Shown: positions 8,309 through 18,992, counted from the stretch's first letter. The stretch is 64,000 nucleotides of DNA from Minisyncoccota bacterium (GCA_035510575.1 DATKGV010000012.1:7596-71595); one strand, 5' to 3'. Program-made: numbers and translations. The notes: generated by a model from the letters alone, not told the origin.

Positions 8309-9790
8309 CTACGCGCGAAGTATTTGTATTGCGGCATTCAAGCGGGAAATCGTTTCATTCTTGCCTAATATTGAAGCTATAATAAACGGATCTGGAGATT
8401 TATCGAGGCCTGACAGAGCATAGCGAATCGGCCAAAGAATATCGCCGCGGCCAATTTCTTCGGCATAAGGCCATAATTTTTCTTTGATATTTTCTTTTGT
8501 AAAATCTTTAATTGGTATGTCCTGTATTATAGATATCGCATTTGCGAGATAATCTGAAAGTATTTGATATTTGTTTTCCTCGGGTATTTTTGATGACTTA
8601 AAGAATAATGAATCCCTGTCAAATGCGGGCTTGCCGAAAAAGTAAGTCAATTCGCCATTTACAGCCATATCCGCTATATCTTTTCCTTTTGAAATTCTTT
8701 CCATGATTATTGGAACAATATTATGTATTACTTCGTTCGTATAGCCCTTAAGTTTCCTTAAACTATTTGGAATAAATTTTTCCGCATATTCTTCTTGCTC
8801 TTCATAAGATAACAATTTTAAATGTTCTTTGTTTATCCAATCCAATTTTTCTTCGTTGAATTTTCCTCCGCTGTGATGAATTTTATCTATGTCAAAAAGC
8901 TTTATAAACTCATCCATATTTATTATTTCAGTTTCATTTCCGGGATTCCATCCTATAAAAGCCAGGAAATTCACCATGGCCTCCGGCAGATATCCTTCTT
9001 TTTCATATTCCAAGACATCTTTAGCCCCGTCGCGCTTGCCTAATTTCTTTTTGCCATCCGGCCCCATTATAGGGGGCAAAGTTGCAAAATGCGGCCTTTC
9101 TATTTCTAAGGCGTCATAAAGCGAAAGAAACTTCGGCGTTGAAGCGATAAACTCATCGGCGCGCATAATATGGGTTACGCCCATTTCAAAATCATCAATA
9201 ATGTGCGCGAAATTATATGTGGGATAACCGTCGCTTTTTATTAATATGAAATCATCAAGCGCTTCAGGTCCCGCTTTCAAATCTCCGCGGACCAGATCAT
9301 TCCACTCATACGGTTTAATATCTGCAACTTTAAAGCGAAGGGGCTGCGTTCCATTCCATATCGGCGGATTTTTCGGCCGGTGATTCCTGTATAAAAATGG
9401 TTTTTTAGATTCTTTCGCTTGCCTGCGAAAAGTTTCCACTTCTTCTTCGGTATAAGGATCGGCATAAGCCATGCCTTTATCTATCAGTATTTTCGCGTAT
9501 TTTAAGTATGATGAGAGCCGTTGCGACTGAATGTATGGAGCATGAGATCCTCCTATGTCAGGTCCCTCGTCCCAATCAATTCCCAGCCATTTCAAAGATT
9601 CAATTATATGGCTTATCGAACCGCCAACTTCCCTTTCTTTGTCGGTATCTTCTATTCTAAGTATAAATTTGCCATTATGCGCTTTGGCATAAGCAAAAGC
9701 GTATAGAGCAGTTCTAACGCCGCCAATGTGCATAAAACCTGTAGGTGAAGGAGCAAAGCGCGTGACAACAGTTTTAGAATTTGTAGACAT
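8309..9790 (-). CDS. gltX: Glutamyl-tRNA synthetase.
   Basis: HIGG motif, VVTRFAPSPTGFMHIGGVRTAL. KLGKRDG (KMSKS-like). Confidence 0.9.
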   Translation of the reverse strand: MSTNSKTVVTRFAPSPTGFMHIGGVRTALYAFAYAKAHNGKFILRIEDTDKEREVGGSISHIIESLKWLGIDWDEGPDIGGSHAPYIQSQRLSSYLKYAKILIDKGMAYADPYTEEEVETFRRQAKESKKPFLYRNHRPKNPPIWNGTQPLRFKVADIKPYEWNDLVRGDLKAGPEALDDFILIKSDGYPTYNFAHIIDDFEMGVTHIMRADEFIASTPKFLSLYDALEIERPHFATLPPIMGPDGKKKLGKRDGAKDVLEYEKEGYLPEAMVNFLAFIGWNPGNETEIINMDEFIKLFDIDKIHHSGGKFNEEKLDWINKEHLKLLSYEEQEEYAEKFIPNSLRKLKGYTNEVIHNIVPIIMERISKGKDIADMAVNGELTYFFGKPAFDRDSLFFKSSKIPEENKYQILSDYLANAISIIQDIPIKDFTKENIKEKLWPYAEEIGRGDILWPIRYALSGLDKSPDPFIIASILGKNETISRLNAAIQILRA

Positions 9791-9792
9791 AA

Positions 9793-10923
9793 TTATGATT
9801 CATGGCTAACTGCTATAGCAAGAGCCTGTTCAGCAATCTTTTTTGCTGCGTCGGGTGATGCGAAAGCAAGAGCTTTATTTTTCATTTGAGTAAGTTTTTC
9901 TTTATCAGCCATTAACCTGTCAATTTCTGCGACAAGAACATGCGGTGTCAGATTGCTTTCTTCTATCACAAGGCAAGCGCCAGTTCTGGCATAACTGAAC
10001 GCATTTTTCTTTTGATGATCGCCGTTTGAATTTGTAATTGGAATAATTATAGATGGTATTCCCCAAGATGCTATTTCAAAAATAAAAGATCCTGCTCTTG
10101 AAATTACCAAAGTGGCAGCGCCTGCAGCCATGCGTATGGCAAGATTATTCAAGTAAGGAATAGGCACGTATCTTATAAGATTTTTTGAATCGCTTTCCAT
10201 TACAAGTTTAGACCGCGCGAGCACGTCATCAATATTTTTGACTCCTGTTTGATGAATTATTTGATAGCGGGAAAGAAGCTCTGGTAAGACCTCAATGATA
10301 TTATTATTTATAACTTCCGCTCCTTGCGAGCCGCCAAGAACAAAAATAACAGGCAATTTGGGATCAAGCTTGAAAAATTCAAATGCGCCCTCTGGACTTC
10401 CATGCAGTATTTCTTTGCGAATCGGTTGGCCGGTTAAAGCCGTTTTATCCTTTGGAAGATGTTCTCCGGCTTCTGGCCACGATACGGCTACGCGCTTGGC
10501 GAATTTAGCAGTCCACGCATTTAGCCGTCCTGGAATTGAATCTGATTCATGAACAATGACAGGTATGCGAAGCAATCTGGCCGCAAAAACCGCCGGGAAA
10601 GCAGAATAGCCCCCTTTTGATATGACAACATCGGGGTAAATAAAAAACATAGTGATTAAGCCGAAGAACATGCCAATAGCCAAAGGGAAAATATCAAAAA
10701 AGTTCCTGATAGAAAAATAAGTGCGCATTTTGCCTGACGGTATCTGGACAAAAGTGATCTTATTCTCAAAAAGCATGCGCTTATCGTATGGAGTATCGGA
10801 CATATAATAAAGCCGCAAATCGATTATCTTCTGCTTTTCTGCAACTTCAAGTAATTCTTCGGCTATGGCAATGAGCGGCAGAAAATGTCCGCCAGTCCCG
10901 CCTCCTGTAAGTAATATCTTCAT
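9793..10923 (-). CDS. murG: MurG, the lipid II-forming GlcNAc transferase.
   Basis: N-terminus LLTGGGTGGHFLPLIAIA. GT28 family. Confidence 0.9.
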   Translation of the reverse strand: MKILLTGGGTGGHFLPLIAIAEELLEVAEKQKIIDLRLYYMSDTPYDKRMLFENKITFVQIPSGKMRTYFSIRNFFDIFPLAIGMFFGLITMFFIYPDVVISKGGYSAFPAVFAARLLRIPVIVHESDSIPGRLNAWTAKFAKRVAVSWPEAGEHLPKDKTALTGQPIRKEILHGSPEGAFEFFKLDPKLPVIFVLGGSQGAEVINNNIIEVLPELLSRYQIIHQTGVKNIDDVLARSKLVMESDSKNLIRYVPIPYLNNLAIRMAAGAATLVISRAGSFIFEIASWGIPSIIIPITNSNGDHQKKNAFSYARTGACLVIEESNLTPHVLVAEIDRLMADKEKLTQMKNKALAFASPDAAKKIAEQALAIAVSHES

Positions 10924-11037
10924 AAGCGCTATTATAATCCATTTATTGTCACTTTTCCAGTATATTAAAATAAAAAACCTGTCAATTACTTGGCAGTAAT
11001 CAACAAGTTTTTTTATTAATTAAAATTTTCGCTTCCC

Positions 11038-11238
11038 TTATTTAAATTTTATGTTTCTTCTTAAAGCGTATATAATAACGAACATGGTTAATACCGTGTT
11101 TAATATTAATCCCCAAAAGAGCAAAGGAGGTGATACACTATTAGCTCCTTGAATGATAGATGTGCCAATGAGATATGTGAAAATAATCCAACAGAGTATT
11201 CCTGTTGCAACTGCCAAAAACCGAACAAATTTTTTCAT
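11038..11238 (-). CDS. Small membrane protein.
   Basis: Two TM helices. ORF only. Confidence 0.3.
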   Translation of the reverse strand: MKKFVRFLAVATGILCWIIFTYLIGTSIIQGANSVSPPLLFWGLILNTVLTMFVIIYALRRNIKFK

Positions 11239-11299
11239 AACTTTACTTTTTTAGTTAACAAATATTTCCTACTATACTACCATAGAAAATATAATCTTG

Positions 11300-12403
11300 T
11301 CAAGCTGGCTTTTTTTGAGAGTTAGAAATATTTAGCACTATTCCCATTGTGCCGAGCGCAAGCAGAAGCGCCGTGCCACCGTGGCTTATAAATATGAGAG
11401 GAACGCCGGTTAATGGGAAAACACCGATAATGGATGCTATATTCATGAACGATTGCGCAGTTATCATTGTGATAATGCCTATGACTAAAAGCTTGCTGAA
11501 TGAATCCGGCGCGTAATGCGCAATGCGATATCCGCGCAATGCAAAAGCGATAAATAGGCAAATAATAATCGTGCATCCTACAAATCCAAGTTCCTCGCCG
11601 ATAACGGCGAATATCGAGTCGCCTTGCGGTTCAGGCAAATAATTGAATTTCTGAATGCTTTGGCCCAGCCCTCTGCCGAATATTCCGCCGGAACCGACGG
11701 CAATAAGCGATTGCTGAAGTTGATATGAAGAACCGCTTCCATTTTCATTCGGGTTTAAAAATGTATTGATGCGCTCCATGAGATAGGGCTTGAATGCGGC
11801 AAGAATAATGAAAGCTATAATGCTCGCGCCGAATAATCCCAAAATATATTTCCACGGCAAGCCGGAAACAAACAGCATTACTAAAGCCGTAGCAGTTATA
11901 AGTATCAAACTTTTAGTATCGGGCTGCTTAAGCAAGATGAAAGCGATAATGGAAAGACAGATAATAAGCGGCAGTATGCTGAAGCGCACGTCTTTAATTC
12001 TTCCTTTTACCCAAGACAGCCAAGCCGCAAAATACATTATAAAACCTATCTTTAAGAATTCCACCGGCTGGAATGAAATCCCAAAAATATCAATCCATCG
12101 CCTAGCTCCTCCATGAATGGATCCCAAATGAGGCACAAATACCAAAGTTGTCAGCGCTATTGATATTAAAAATATAATAAGCGAGTATTCTCTCCAAAAT
12201 TTATACGGTATATGAAGGCCGAAATATAAGGCAACAAGCCCTCCGCAGAGGCCGAATACAAATTGATTAAATATAACTCCATAAAATTCGGATTCGTTTT
12301 TAGCGAGAATTCCAAGCGAGGCGGATGTGAACATAATCACGCCGATGATTATAAGCGCTATGACAATGCCGAAAAAAAAATTATCGATTTTTTTTATTTT
12401 CAT
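11300..12403 (-). CDS. ftsW: SEDS family lipid II flippase/glycosyltransferase (FtsW/RodA).
   Basis: Multi-TM SEDS pattern. The likely start MKIKK overlaps the mraY stop (TAATG). The upstream extension in the ORF track is probably spurious. Confidence 0.75.
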   Translation of the reverse strand: MKIKKIDNFFFGIVIALIIIGVIMFTSASLGILAKNESEFYGVIFNQFVFGLCGGLVALYFGLHIPYKFWREYSLIIFLISIALTTLVFVPHLGSIHGGARRWIDIFGISFQPVEFLKIGFIMYFAAWLSWVKGRIKDVRFSILPLIICLSIIAFILLKQPDTKSLILITATALVMLFVSGLPWKYILGLFGASIIAFIILAAFKPYLMERINTFLNPNENGSGSSYQLQQSLIAVGSGGIFGRGLGQSIQKFNYLPEPQGDSIFAVIGEELGFVGCTIIICLFIAFALRGYRIAHYAPDSFSKLLVIGIITMITAQSFMNIASIIGVFPLTGVPLIFISHGGTALLLALGTMGIVLNISNSQKKPA

Positions 12404-13452
12404 TAATCTATCATTGAAATTATAACTCCCAAAATTGCGGTTATAGTGCCCACAATCCAATAGCGCATCGTGACTTTATATTTGGGCCAGCCGAGCGCTT
12501 CAAAATGATGATGAAGAGGCGCGAAGAGAAAAATTTTCCTGCCATTGCGCAACCTTCTTGAAGCCATTTGCATTATATCCGACAGTGATGTGATGAAGAG
12601 CGGAAACGCGATTATCGGCAGCAGCAAAACGGTGTTTGTGAGAAAGGCTATGACAGAGAGCGTAACTGTAAGCCCGATCATGCCGGTTTCTCCCATATAA
12701 AAGCGCGCCGGCGGAATATTGAACCACAAGAATGATAAAATTGAACCTGCCACAACCGCGCAGAACACGGCCAAGTCGATCTGATTATGAAAGAAAGCTA
12801 TAAGCGCGTAGCTTCCGAATATTGCCGCCAATACCCCGCCTGACAGGCCGTCGATGCCGTCAATCACCGAGGATGAAAACACCCCGAGCATTATTATTAT
12901 GAAGAACGGAATAAAAATATATCCTAATTGAATAAATCCATACCAAGGTATATAGAGCTGTGAAATTCCAAGCTTGGCAAAAAACCACCAGCCGATAGTT
13001 ATGCCAAGCAATATAATAATGCTCACTTTAAGATATCGCAGTTTTATGGGATCAGTTGTCCATTGGCCGCGGCCGAAAATTTGCAGGAAATCGTCTCCAA
13101 GCCCTATCAATGAAGCCGTTATCAGCGTGAATAGAGGAAGAATAGTTTGATTGCGGCTTATAAAATATAATTTGTTTGTTAGATCATTATTAATGATTAA
13201 ATTAATGAAGCCGAAAATAAAAATGGTAATAATCACGGATACCCATATTATCATTCCGCCTGTGCGGGGAGTCGATACCTCGGCTTTCTCATCATGCAAT
13301 TTTTGAAAGTCGCTTTCAGGGACGTTTTCATTTCTTGAAATTCTGCGCCACATGCGATACTTGTAGAAATAATGAGTGGCAATCGGAGTCAGCAAGATTC
13401 CGACAATGAAACTGATTATGGCCGGCAATAAAATTTTTATGGCGTTAGTCAT
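12403..13452 (-). CDS. mraY: Phospho-N-acetylmuramoyl-pentapeptide transferase.
   Basis: GLGDDFLQIFG and GLSGGVLAAIFGSYALIAFFHN motifs. Polytopic membrane protein. Confidence 0.9.
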   Translation of the reverse strand: MTNAIKILLPAIISFIVGILLTPIATHYFYKYRMWRRISRNENVPESDFQKLHDEKAEVSTPRTGGMIIWVSVIITIFIFGFINLIINNDLTNKLYFISRNQTILPLFTLITASLIGLGDDFLQIFGRGQWTTDPIKLRYLKVSIIILLGITIGWWFFAKLGISQLYIPWYGFIQLGYIFIPFFIIIMLGVFSSSVIDGIDGLSGGVLAAIFGSYALIAFFHNQIDLAVFCAVVAGSILSFLWFNIPPARFYMGETGMIGLTVTLSVIAFLTNTVLLLPIIAFPLFITSLSDIMQMASRRLRNGRKIFLFAPLHHHFEALGWPKYKVTMRYWIVGTITAILGVIISMID

Positions 13453-13984
13453 TTTTGTCGCTTTGATTAATAACTTTTTCTAATTGAGTTTTGACTTCGG
13501 AATAATTCGGAAGCCCTTCAATTGAAGCTATGCCCATATATGAAAGCATGTCAAAGGTTGGGCGATAAAGGATGCGCCTATTATCACTGCTGTCGATTAT
13601 TTTTTCTATCAATCCTCGAACCAGCAGGTTGCGCAATATGAAGCTTGAATTTACGCCTCTGATATAATCTATTTCGCTTCTGGCAATTCCATTCTTATAA
13701 AGAATTATTGAAAGTGTTTCAAGCGAAGCTTTTGAAAGTTCTTTCGTTATTTCATCTTTGCGGATTGATTCAATAAGAGGGCTCAATTCTTTTGATATGC
13801 CCAAAACCACGCTGTCATCTTTTCTGACAAGCACCAATCCCCTATTTTCATGAGATTTTTGGAGTTTAAGAAGTGCAACTTCCACTTCTTCTTTTGTAAC
13901 TTCAAAAATCTCGGCAATTTTACTGATTGCCATATCTTCGCCCTTATAAAAAAGTAGTCCTTCAATTTTTGATTCTAATTCCAT
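13445..13984 (-). CDS. scpB: Segregation and condensation protein B.
   Basis: ScpB wHTH pattern IEGLLFYKGEDMAISKIAEI. Confidence 0.8.
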   Translation of the reverse strand: MELESKIEGLLFYKGEDMAISKIAEIFEVTKEEVEVALLKLQKSHENRGLVLVRKDDSVVLGISKELSPLIESIRKDEITKELSKASLETLSIILYKNGIARSEIDYIRGVNSSFILRNLLVRGLIEKIIDSSDNRRILYRPTFDMLSYMGIASIEGLPNYSEVKTQLEKVINQSDKND

Positions 13985-13994
13985 AATATTAATC

Positions 13995-14765
13995 TTAATT
14001 ATTTTCTATAATTTTTTGCTTGCTCATACTTATATCTCCGAATGAAGAATTTTGGATCACATCTATAATGCCCTCGCGCACTAATTCTAACATGGCTAAG
14101 AATGAAACGATAATATGAACACGAGCTTCCTCACCTGTTTTTGCGCCATGGCTTTTGGCGAATTCTCCAAATGAAATATTCATTGCGTTTTGGATCCGAT
14201 CAGTCAAGCTGTTTATTACGTCATCCAGATTGATTATTTTTTTTACTTCAATTTCCGGCAGTTTTTCTGCTTCTTTGGGCGCGCGAGAAATAACTTCAAA
14301 AATTGATTTAGTCATATTTGCGGGCGTAATCAGCAGATCAGGCGAGAATAATGGCTCGTTCCAAATGCGCTCGCATGGAGCGAATATTATATTTGCCCCG
14401 AAATTATTCTTGATATCTATGCTGGCATTCTTGATAATCTGGTATATTTTAAGGCGTTTTTCAAGATCAATTATTTTTTCATTTTCATCTTCTGTCAGCA
14501 GAAGATTGGGAAGCAGCGATTTTGATTTTATAAGTATCAGAGTTGCCGAGATAAGTATGAAATATGATACGTCGGCAATATGTTTGTCTTTTGAAACATT
14601 TGACAATGATTTTATATACGCCATATAATCATTTGTCACTTCAGCAAGCGATATTTCATTTACAAAAAGCTTCCTTTGCTCAATCAGCGACAACAAAAGT
14701 TCAAGCGGACCTTCAAACGTCCCCGCACGAACTTTATATGTTGATGTTGTACTTTCTTCGGACAT
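13995..14765 (-). CDS. scpA: Segregation and condensation protein A.
   Basis: FEGPLELLLSLIEQRKLFVNEISLAEVTNDY. Confidence 0.8.
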   Translation of the reverse strand: MSEESTTSTYKVRAGTFEGPLELLLSLIEQRKLFVNEISLAEVTNDYMAYIKSLSNVSKDKHIADVSYFILISATLILIKSKSLLPNLLLTEDENEKIIDLEKRLKIYQIIKNASIDIKNNFGANIIFAPCERIWNEPLFSPDLLITPANMTKSIFEVISRAPKEAEKLPEIEVKKIINLDDVINSLTDRIQNAMNISFGEFAKSHGAKTGEEARVHIIVSFLAMLELVREGIIDVIQNSSFGDISMSKQKIIENN

Positions 14766-15761
14766 TTAATGTTCTAAAATAGTTATTTTAATATCATTAT
14801 TTGTGACTGATAATTTAGCTGTTCCGCCAATTGGAAAAGTTATTTTGGGATCTGTATGTCCAAAATCTACATTTCCGATTATAGGAATTAAATCAAGTTC
14901 TTTCTTTGACTTTATAACTTTTAATAATAATTTTTTTGTAAAATTGCTTGCAATATTAAAGCGTCCGATTACAATACCTTTTACTAAATTAAAATTAGGT
15001 TGATGAATAAGCGCCTGAAGATTTCTATCAAATTCAACAATGAATGAATCATTTCCAGTATCATCATCTTCAATAAAAATAATAGTATCAGTTAAATCGG
15101 GAAAATATTCAGTGCCTCTTAATAATCCAAAAGTGCATTCATTTGATCCGATTATGGTTCCAATTGCGGTGCCTTCATTTAAAACCCAATACCCCTCATT
15201 TTTTATTAAATTTCGTTTTTCTTGATCTCTCCACCATGAATCATCACTCCAAAATTGACTTGGAATAATATCAAAACTGTCATTAGTTTCTAAGCATTTT
15301 TTAAAATATTCAAGTGTGTATTCATAATATTTTTTTTGTCCAAATGTTGAATAATGTGGTCCTGAATAATTAACTAAACCAGTTTTAGTAAAAATTGCAT
15401 TATTTAAAGCAGTAATGTCAGAATATCCACAAAAAATCTTGGGATTATTTTTAATAATATCCCAATTTATATATTTTAATAATTGATTACTATTAAATCC
15501 ACCTCTTGGTGTCATAATACATTTAACATTTTTATCTTCAAATGCATCGTGTAAATCGCTAATTCTAGATTCTATGGAAGAAGAGCCGAATTCATCGAAT
15601 TCATTAACATATTTTCCAAATGAAACTTTATATCCCATTTCTTCAAGTCTTTTTTTCCCTAAATCTGCTATTTCTTTAGAAATGGTTGAATTAGATTGAG
15701 ACGGTGCAATAATTCTTATCTCATCACCCTTATTAAGTTTTTCTGGGAAAATTTTCTGCAT
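14766..15761 (-). CDS. ldcA: LD-carboxypeptidase (peptidase S66).
   Basis: GDEIRIIAPS and catalytic GYSDITAL motifs. Confidence 0.75.
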   Translation of the reverse strand: MQKIFPEKLNKGDEIRIIAPSQSNSTISKEIADLGKKRLEEMGYKVSFGKYVNEFDEFGSSSIESRISDLHDAFEDKNVKCIMTPRGGFNSNQLLKYINWDIIKNNPKIFCGYSDITALNNAIFTKTGLVNYSGPHYSTFGQKKYYEYTLEYFKKCLETNDSFDIIPSQFWSDDSWWRDQEKRNLIKNEGYWVLNEGTAIGTIIGSNECTFGLLRGTEYFPDLTDTIIFIEDDDTGNDSFIVEFDRNLQALIHQPNFNLVKGIVIGRFNIASNFTKKLLLKVIKSKKELDLIPIIGNVDFGHTDPKITFPIGGTAKLSVTNNDIKITILEH

Positions 15762-15762
15762 A

Positions 15763-17181
15763 TTATTTTTTATTTATATTTAAACCTAATTCTTTAAGTT
15801 GTTTATCAGAAGTTATAGATGGAGATTTCATCATTAAATCTTTTCCTTCCCCATTTTTAGGAAATGCTATGACTTCTCTAATATTTGGTTCGTTTTCAAG
15901 TATCATCATTAAACGATCAAAACCCCAAGCTATACCTCCATGTGGCGGAGTTCCAGAACGAAATGCATCAAGCATATAGAAAAGATTTTTTTCTACTTCT
16001 TCTTTTTTAACTCCCATAATGTCATAAACTGCAAGAAGTGCTTCTGGTTCGTGGTTTCTGATAGAACCACCACCTATTTCATAACCATTAAGTACAATAT
16101 CATATTGATTTGTAAGAATATTAGATATATTTCTTTTATTTAATAAATCATCATGAAATTGTGGTTGTGCAGCTGAAAAAGGATTGTGAGTAAATGTCCA
16201 TTCTCCTTCTGCTTGTGGATTATTTTCATCATTAGCTTTTTCAAAAAATGGAAAATCAATTACCCAACAAAATGCTAAAAGATTTTTATTTTCCTTATCT
16301 TTTCTTATGTCTGGTCTATCAGTACCATATTTTTCAATTGCATCTTTATAAGGAATTTTTGGGAATGGAATTTCTTGTATTTCTTTTTCAGGATATAATT
16401 TTTGAACGATTTCTATTAATAAATTTTCATTAAGAGATATTACTTCTTCACGATCAACGAAACTCATTTCCATATCAAGTTGAGTAAATTCAGGTTGACG
16501 ATCACCTCTTAAATCTTCATCTCGCATACATTTTGCCATTTGAAAGTATTTTTCCATTCCTGATGCCATTAGAAGTTGTTTGTATTGTTGGGGAGCTTGT
16601 GGTAATGCATAAAATTTTCCTTGGTCAAGTCTTGAAGGCACAATAAAGTCTCTAGCACCTTCTGCTGTTGATTTTGAAAGTATAGGAGTTTCTATTTCTA
16701 TAAAATTCTCTTTATCTAAATAATCACGAATAAATTTTACAACTTTGTGCCGATTGCGAATATTTTTTTGCATTCTAGTTCTGCGTAAATCAAGATATCT
16801 GTGTTCCAGTCTATGCTCTTCGCCTATTTCATAACCATCAGTAGACAAATCAATTGCTGGAGTTTCTGCTTTATTCAAAACATCAATATCAATAACTTCA
16901 AGTTCAATGTCTCCATTTATTGCTCCATCTTTTATATTTTTTTCCGGGCGCTTATTTATGACGCCGATTATTTTAAGAACCCATTCATTGCGGATTTCCT
17001 TCACTTTTTCTATTGCTTCCGCATGATTAGGCAGGACTACGCATTGGATTTTGCCTGTCACATCTCTCATATCAATAAAAATCATTTTTCCTTGATCGCG
17101 GCGGACATCCACCCATCCGGCAATGGTAACTTGTCTGCCTATAAAATTTTTTAAGTCCGCTATATGTGTGCGATTTGTCAT
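15763..17181 (-). CDS. aspS: Aspartyl-tRNA synthetase, compact form lacking the bacterial insertion domain; likely non-discriminating given gatB.
   Basis: QLLMASGMEKYFQMAKCMRDEDLRGDRQPEFTQLDMEMSF. Class II motifs. Confidence 0.85.
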   Translation of the reverse strand: MTNRTHIADLKNFIGRQVTIAGWVDVRRDQGKMIFIDMRDVTGKIQCVVLPNHAEAIEKVKEIRNEWVLKIIGVINKRPEKNIKDGAINGDIELEVIDIDVLNKAETPAIDLSTDGYEIGEEHRLEHRYLDLRRTRMQKNIRNRHKVVKFIRDYLDKENFIEIETPILSKSTAEGARDFIVPSRLDQGKFYALPQAPQQYKQLLMASGMEKYFQMAKCMRDEDLRGDRQPEFTQLDMEMSFVDREEVISLNENLLIEIVQKLYPEKEIQEIPFPKIPYKDAIEKYGTDRPDIRKDKENKNLLAFCWVIDFPFFEKANDENNPQAEGEWTFTHNPFSAAQPQFHDDLLNKRNISNILTNQYDIVLNGYEIGGGSIRNHEPEALLAVYDIMGVKKEEVEKNLFYMLDAFRSGTPPHGGIAWGFDRLMMILENEPNIREVIAFPKNGEGKDLMMKSPSITSDKQLKELGLNINKK

Positions 17182-17207
17182 AACGCTGATGTTTTTAAAT
17201 TATAATA

Positions 17208-17423
17208 TTAATGCGCAGCAAATTTGGAAATCCATTCATAAGGATAAGAAATAATGAAAACTATGGCGACTAGAATCCAGTAGAATGGAGCAAAAGCGAA
17301 ATATATAACTCTGTCCTTGTGCCACATCGGCAAATACCATTTTTGCATTTTCATATAAAGCAGGTTCAGCGGATAATAAATTATTCCCAATACTATCAAT
17401 AATAATGTGGCTATAAATCTCAT
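17208..17423 (-). CDS. Small membrane protein.
   Basis: Two TM helices. ORF only. Confidence 0.3.
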   Translation of the reverse strand: MRFIATLLLIVLGIIYYPLNLLYMKMQKWYLPMWHKDRVIYFAFAPFYWILVAIVFIISYPYEWISKFAAH

Positions 17424-18391
17424 AAATTAACTCCTATATTATCGCGGATAATGCGCATTTTTTCCGTAATGCGGGGTTTTATTTTATTCGCTCCTTCTTT
17501 CAAGATTGAAATAACTTTCTCCGGATTATTCATGTATGATTCCCTTTTCTTTCTCATTGGACTTATAAAAGCTATTATTTCATTTAAAAGCATTTCTTTT
17601 GATTCTTTATATCCAAGCCCGCCATGCTCATATCTTGCGCGAAGATCCTGCAAGGACTCCCCTTGCAAAAATAGCTTATGCAAGGCGAAAATATTGCACT
17701 TTTCCGGATCCTTAGGTTCTTCAGGCGTTTTGGAGTCCGTGACTATTTTCATAACGGCTTTTTTTATTTCATCATCGCTTCCAAAAAGCGGAATTGTGTT
17801 GCCGTAGCTTTTCGACATTTTTCTGCCGTCAATGCCTGGAACTATTGCCACTTCTTTCATTATTAATGCTTCCGGTATTTTAAATGTCTCCCCAAATGTA
17901 TTATTGAATTTTTGAGCAGTATCGCGCGCGTACTCAATATGCTGTTTTTGGTCGGCTCCCACCGGCACAATATCCGCGTCTTCTATTAAAATATCAGCAG
18001 CCATAAGCATCGGATAATCGAAAAGGCCGGCTGTCACCTCTTTTGCCTTCATATGGGCATCTTTATATGTTGTCGCCCGTTCAAGATACGACACCGTTGT
18101 TATGCAATTAAAATACCAAGCAAGTTCCGCAACTTCCGGAATATCCGACTGTTTGAATAGATTTACTTTTTCCGGATCAAGGCCGCAAGCCAGATAATCC
18201 ATAGCGACTTCCAGTATGTTTTTTGACAGATTATCTTTGTTTTGGGTTGTTGTTACGGCATGCAAATCCGCGATGAAAATCGAGGAATCATATTTGTCTT
18301 GAAGATCCACAAATTGCTTTACAGCTCCGAAATAATTGCCTATATGCATCACGCCCGAGGGCTGCACGCCCGATAATAATCGTTTTTTCAT
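17420..18391 (-). CDS. trpS: Tryptophanyl-tRNA synthetase.
   Basis: LSGVQPSGVMHIGNY (HIGH) and KMSKSYGN. Start assigned to MKKRLLSG, because the upstream ORF extension is occupied by a terminator hairpin. Confidence 0.85.
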   Translation of the reverse strand: MKKRLLSGVQPSGVMHIGNYFGAVKQFVDLQDKYDSSIFIADLHAVTTTQNKDNLSKNILEVAMDYLACGLDPEKVNLFKQSDIPEVAELAWYFNCITTVSYLERATTYKDAHMKAKEVTAGLFDYPMLMAADILIEDADIVPVGADQKQHIEYARDTAQKFNNTFGETFKIPEALIMKEVAIVPGIDGRKMSKSYGNTIPLFGSDDEIKKAVMKIVTDSKTPEEPKDPEKCNIFALHKLFLQGESLQDLRARYEHGGLGYKESKEMLLNEIIAFISPMRKKRESYMNNPEKVISILKEGANKIKPRITEKMRIIRDNIGVNL

Positions 18392-18448
18392 ATAAGCTGT
18401 ATAATACCAAAATAATGCGACTTTTGCACATATTTTATTAATCATATA

Positions 18449-18484
18449 AATAGAAAACCCAACAGTGGATTTCCTACTGTTGGG
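18449..18484 (-). terminator. Rho-independent terminator after the 103-aa gene.
   Basis: Stem CCCAACAGT / ACTGTTGGG. On the minus strand it is followed by TTTTCTATT. Confidence 0.65.
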
Positions 18485-18488
18485 TAAT

Positions 18489-18800
18489 TTAAACATGACT
18501 CATTTTTTCAACAAGAACAACGGCACTTAAATTCTCACATGTTCCATTTAACCAGCCTGCAACAAGATAACACATAGAAATGTCATCTGTTGATACAAGA
18601 TAATTAAATATAACCTCAAACTTATCATTAGAATTTTCAGCGATTACCGTTTTAATATCGTTGTAGATTTTTTGACAAAGACCCAAAAGAGAGTTTACAC
18701 TCATGTTTAGATCGTAATCGTAAGCGAAATCATGTTTAATAATTCCACCTTCTACCATAGATACACCTGATTTTTTGATAAAGAATTTAATTTTTTTCAT
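18489..18800 (-). CDS. Hypothetical protein.
   Basis: ORF only, very AT-rich. Own terminator. Confidence 0.4.
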   Translation of the reverse strand: MKKIKFFIKKSGVSMVEGGIIKHDFAYDYDLNMSVNSLLGLCQKIYNDIKTVIAENSNDKFEVIFNYLVSTDDISMCYLVAGWLNGTCENLSAVVLVEKMSHV

Positions 18801-18961
18801 TTCTTTGAGTATTAAATTGTTAGTAAATTATTTATTAAGTTCTCTCAATATCCATAAAGAAACTGGGAGAACCTAATAAAATCTAACAATCAAACTCAAT
18901 TTCAAAGAACTAATTTACTGTTGGCAGTTTATCACATAATATCACATTTGTCAAGCATAGC

Positions 18962-18992
18962 AGGCCTGCGGAAGCAAGGCTTCCGCAGGCCT
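18962..18992. promoter_or_regulatory. Perfect 31-nt GC-rich palindrome AGGCCTGCGGAAGC-AAG-GCTTCCGCAGGCCT in a divergent intergenic region.
   Basis: 14-bp arms. Lies between divergently oriented genes, the 103-aa gene and dnaB. Preceded by direct repeats TATCACAT x2 at 18930-18947. Confidence 0.5.

Noticed and set aside
17420-18496. Full-length ORF-track version of trpS with a 35-aa N-terminal extension.
   Set aside because: The extension is encoded by the terminator hairpin of the upstream gene (CCCAACAGT...ACTGTTGGG). The conserved TrpRS N-terminus begins at MKKRLLSG, so an internal start at 18391 was adopted.
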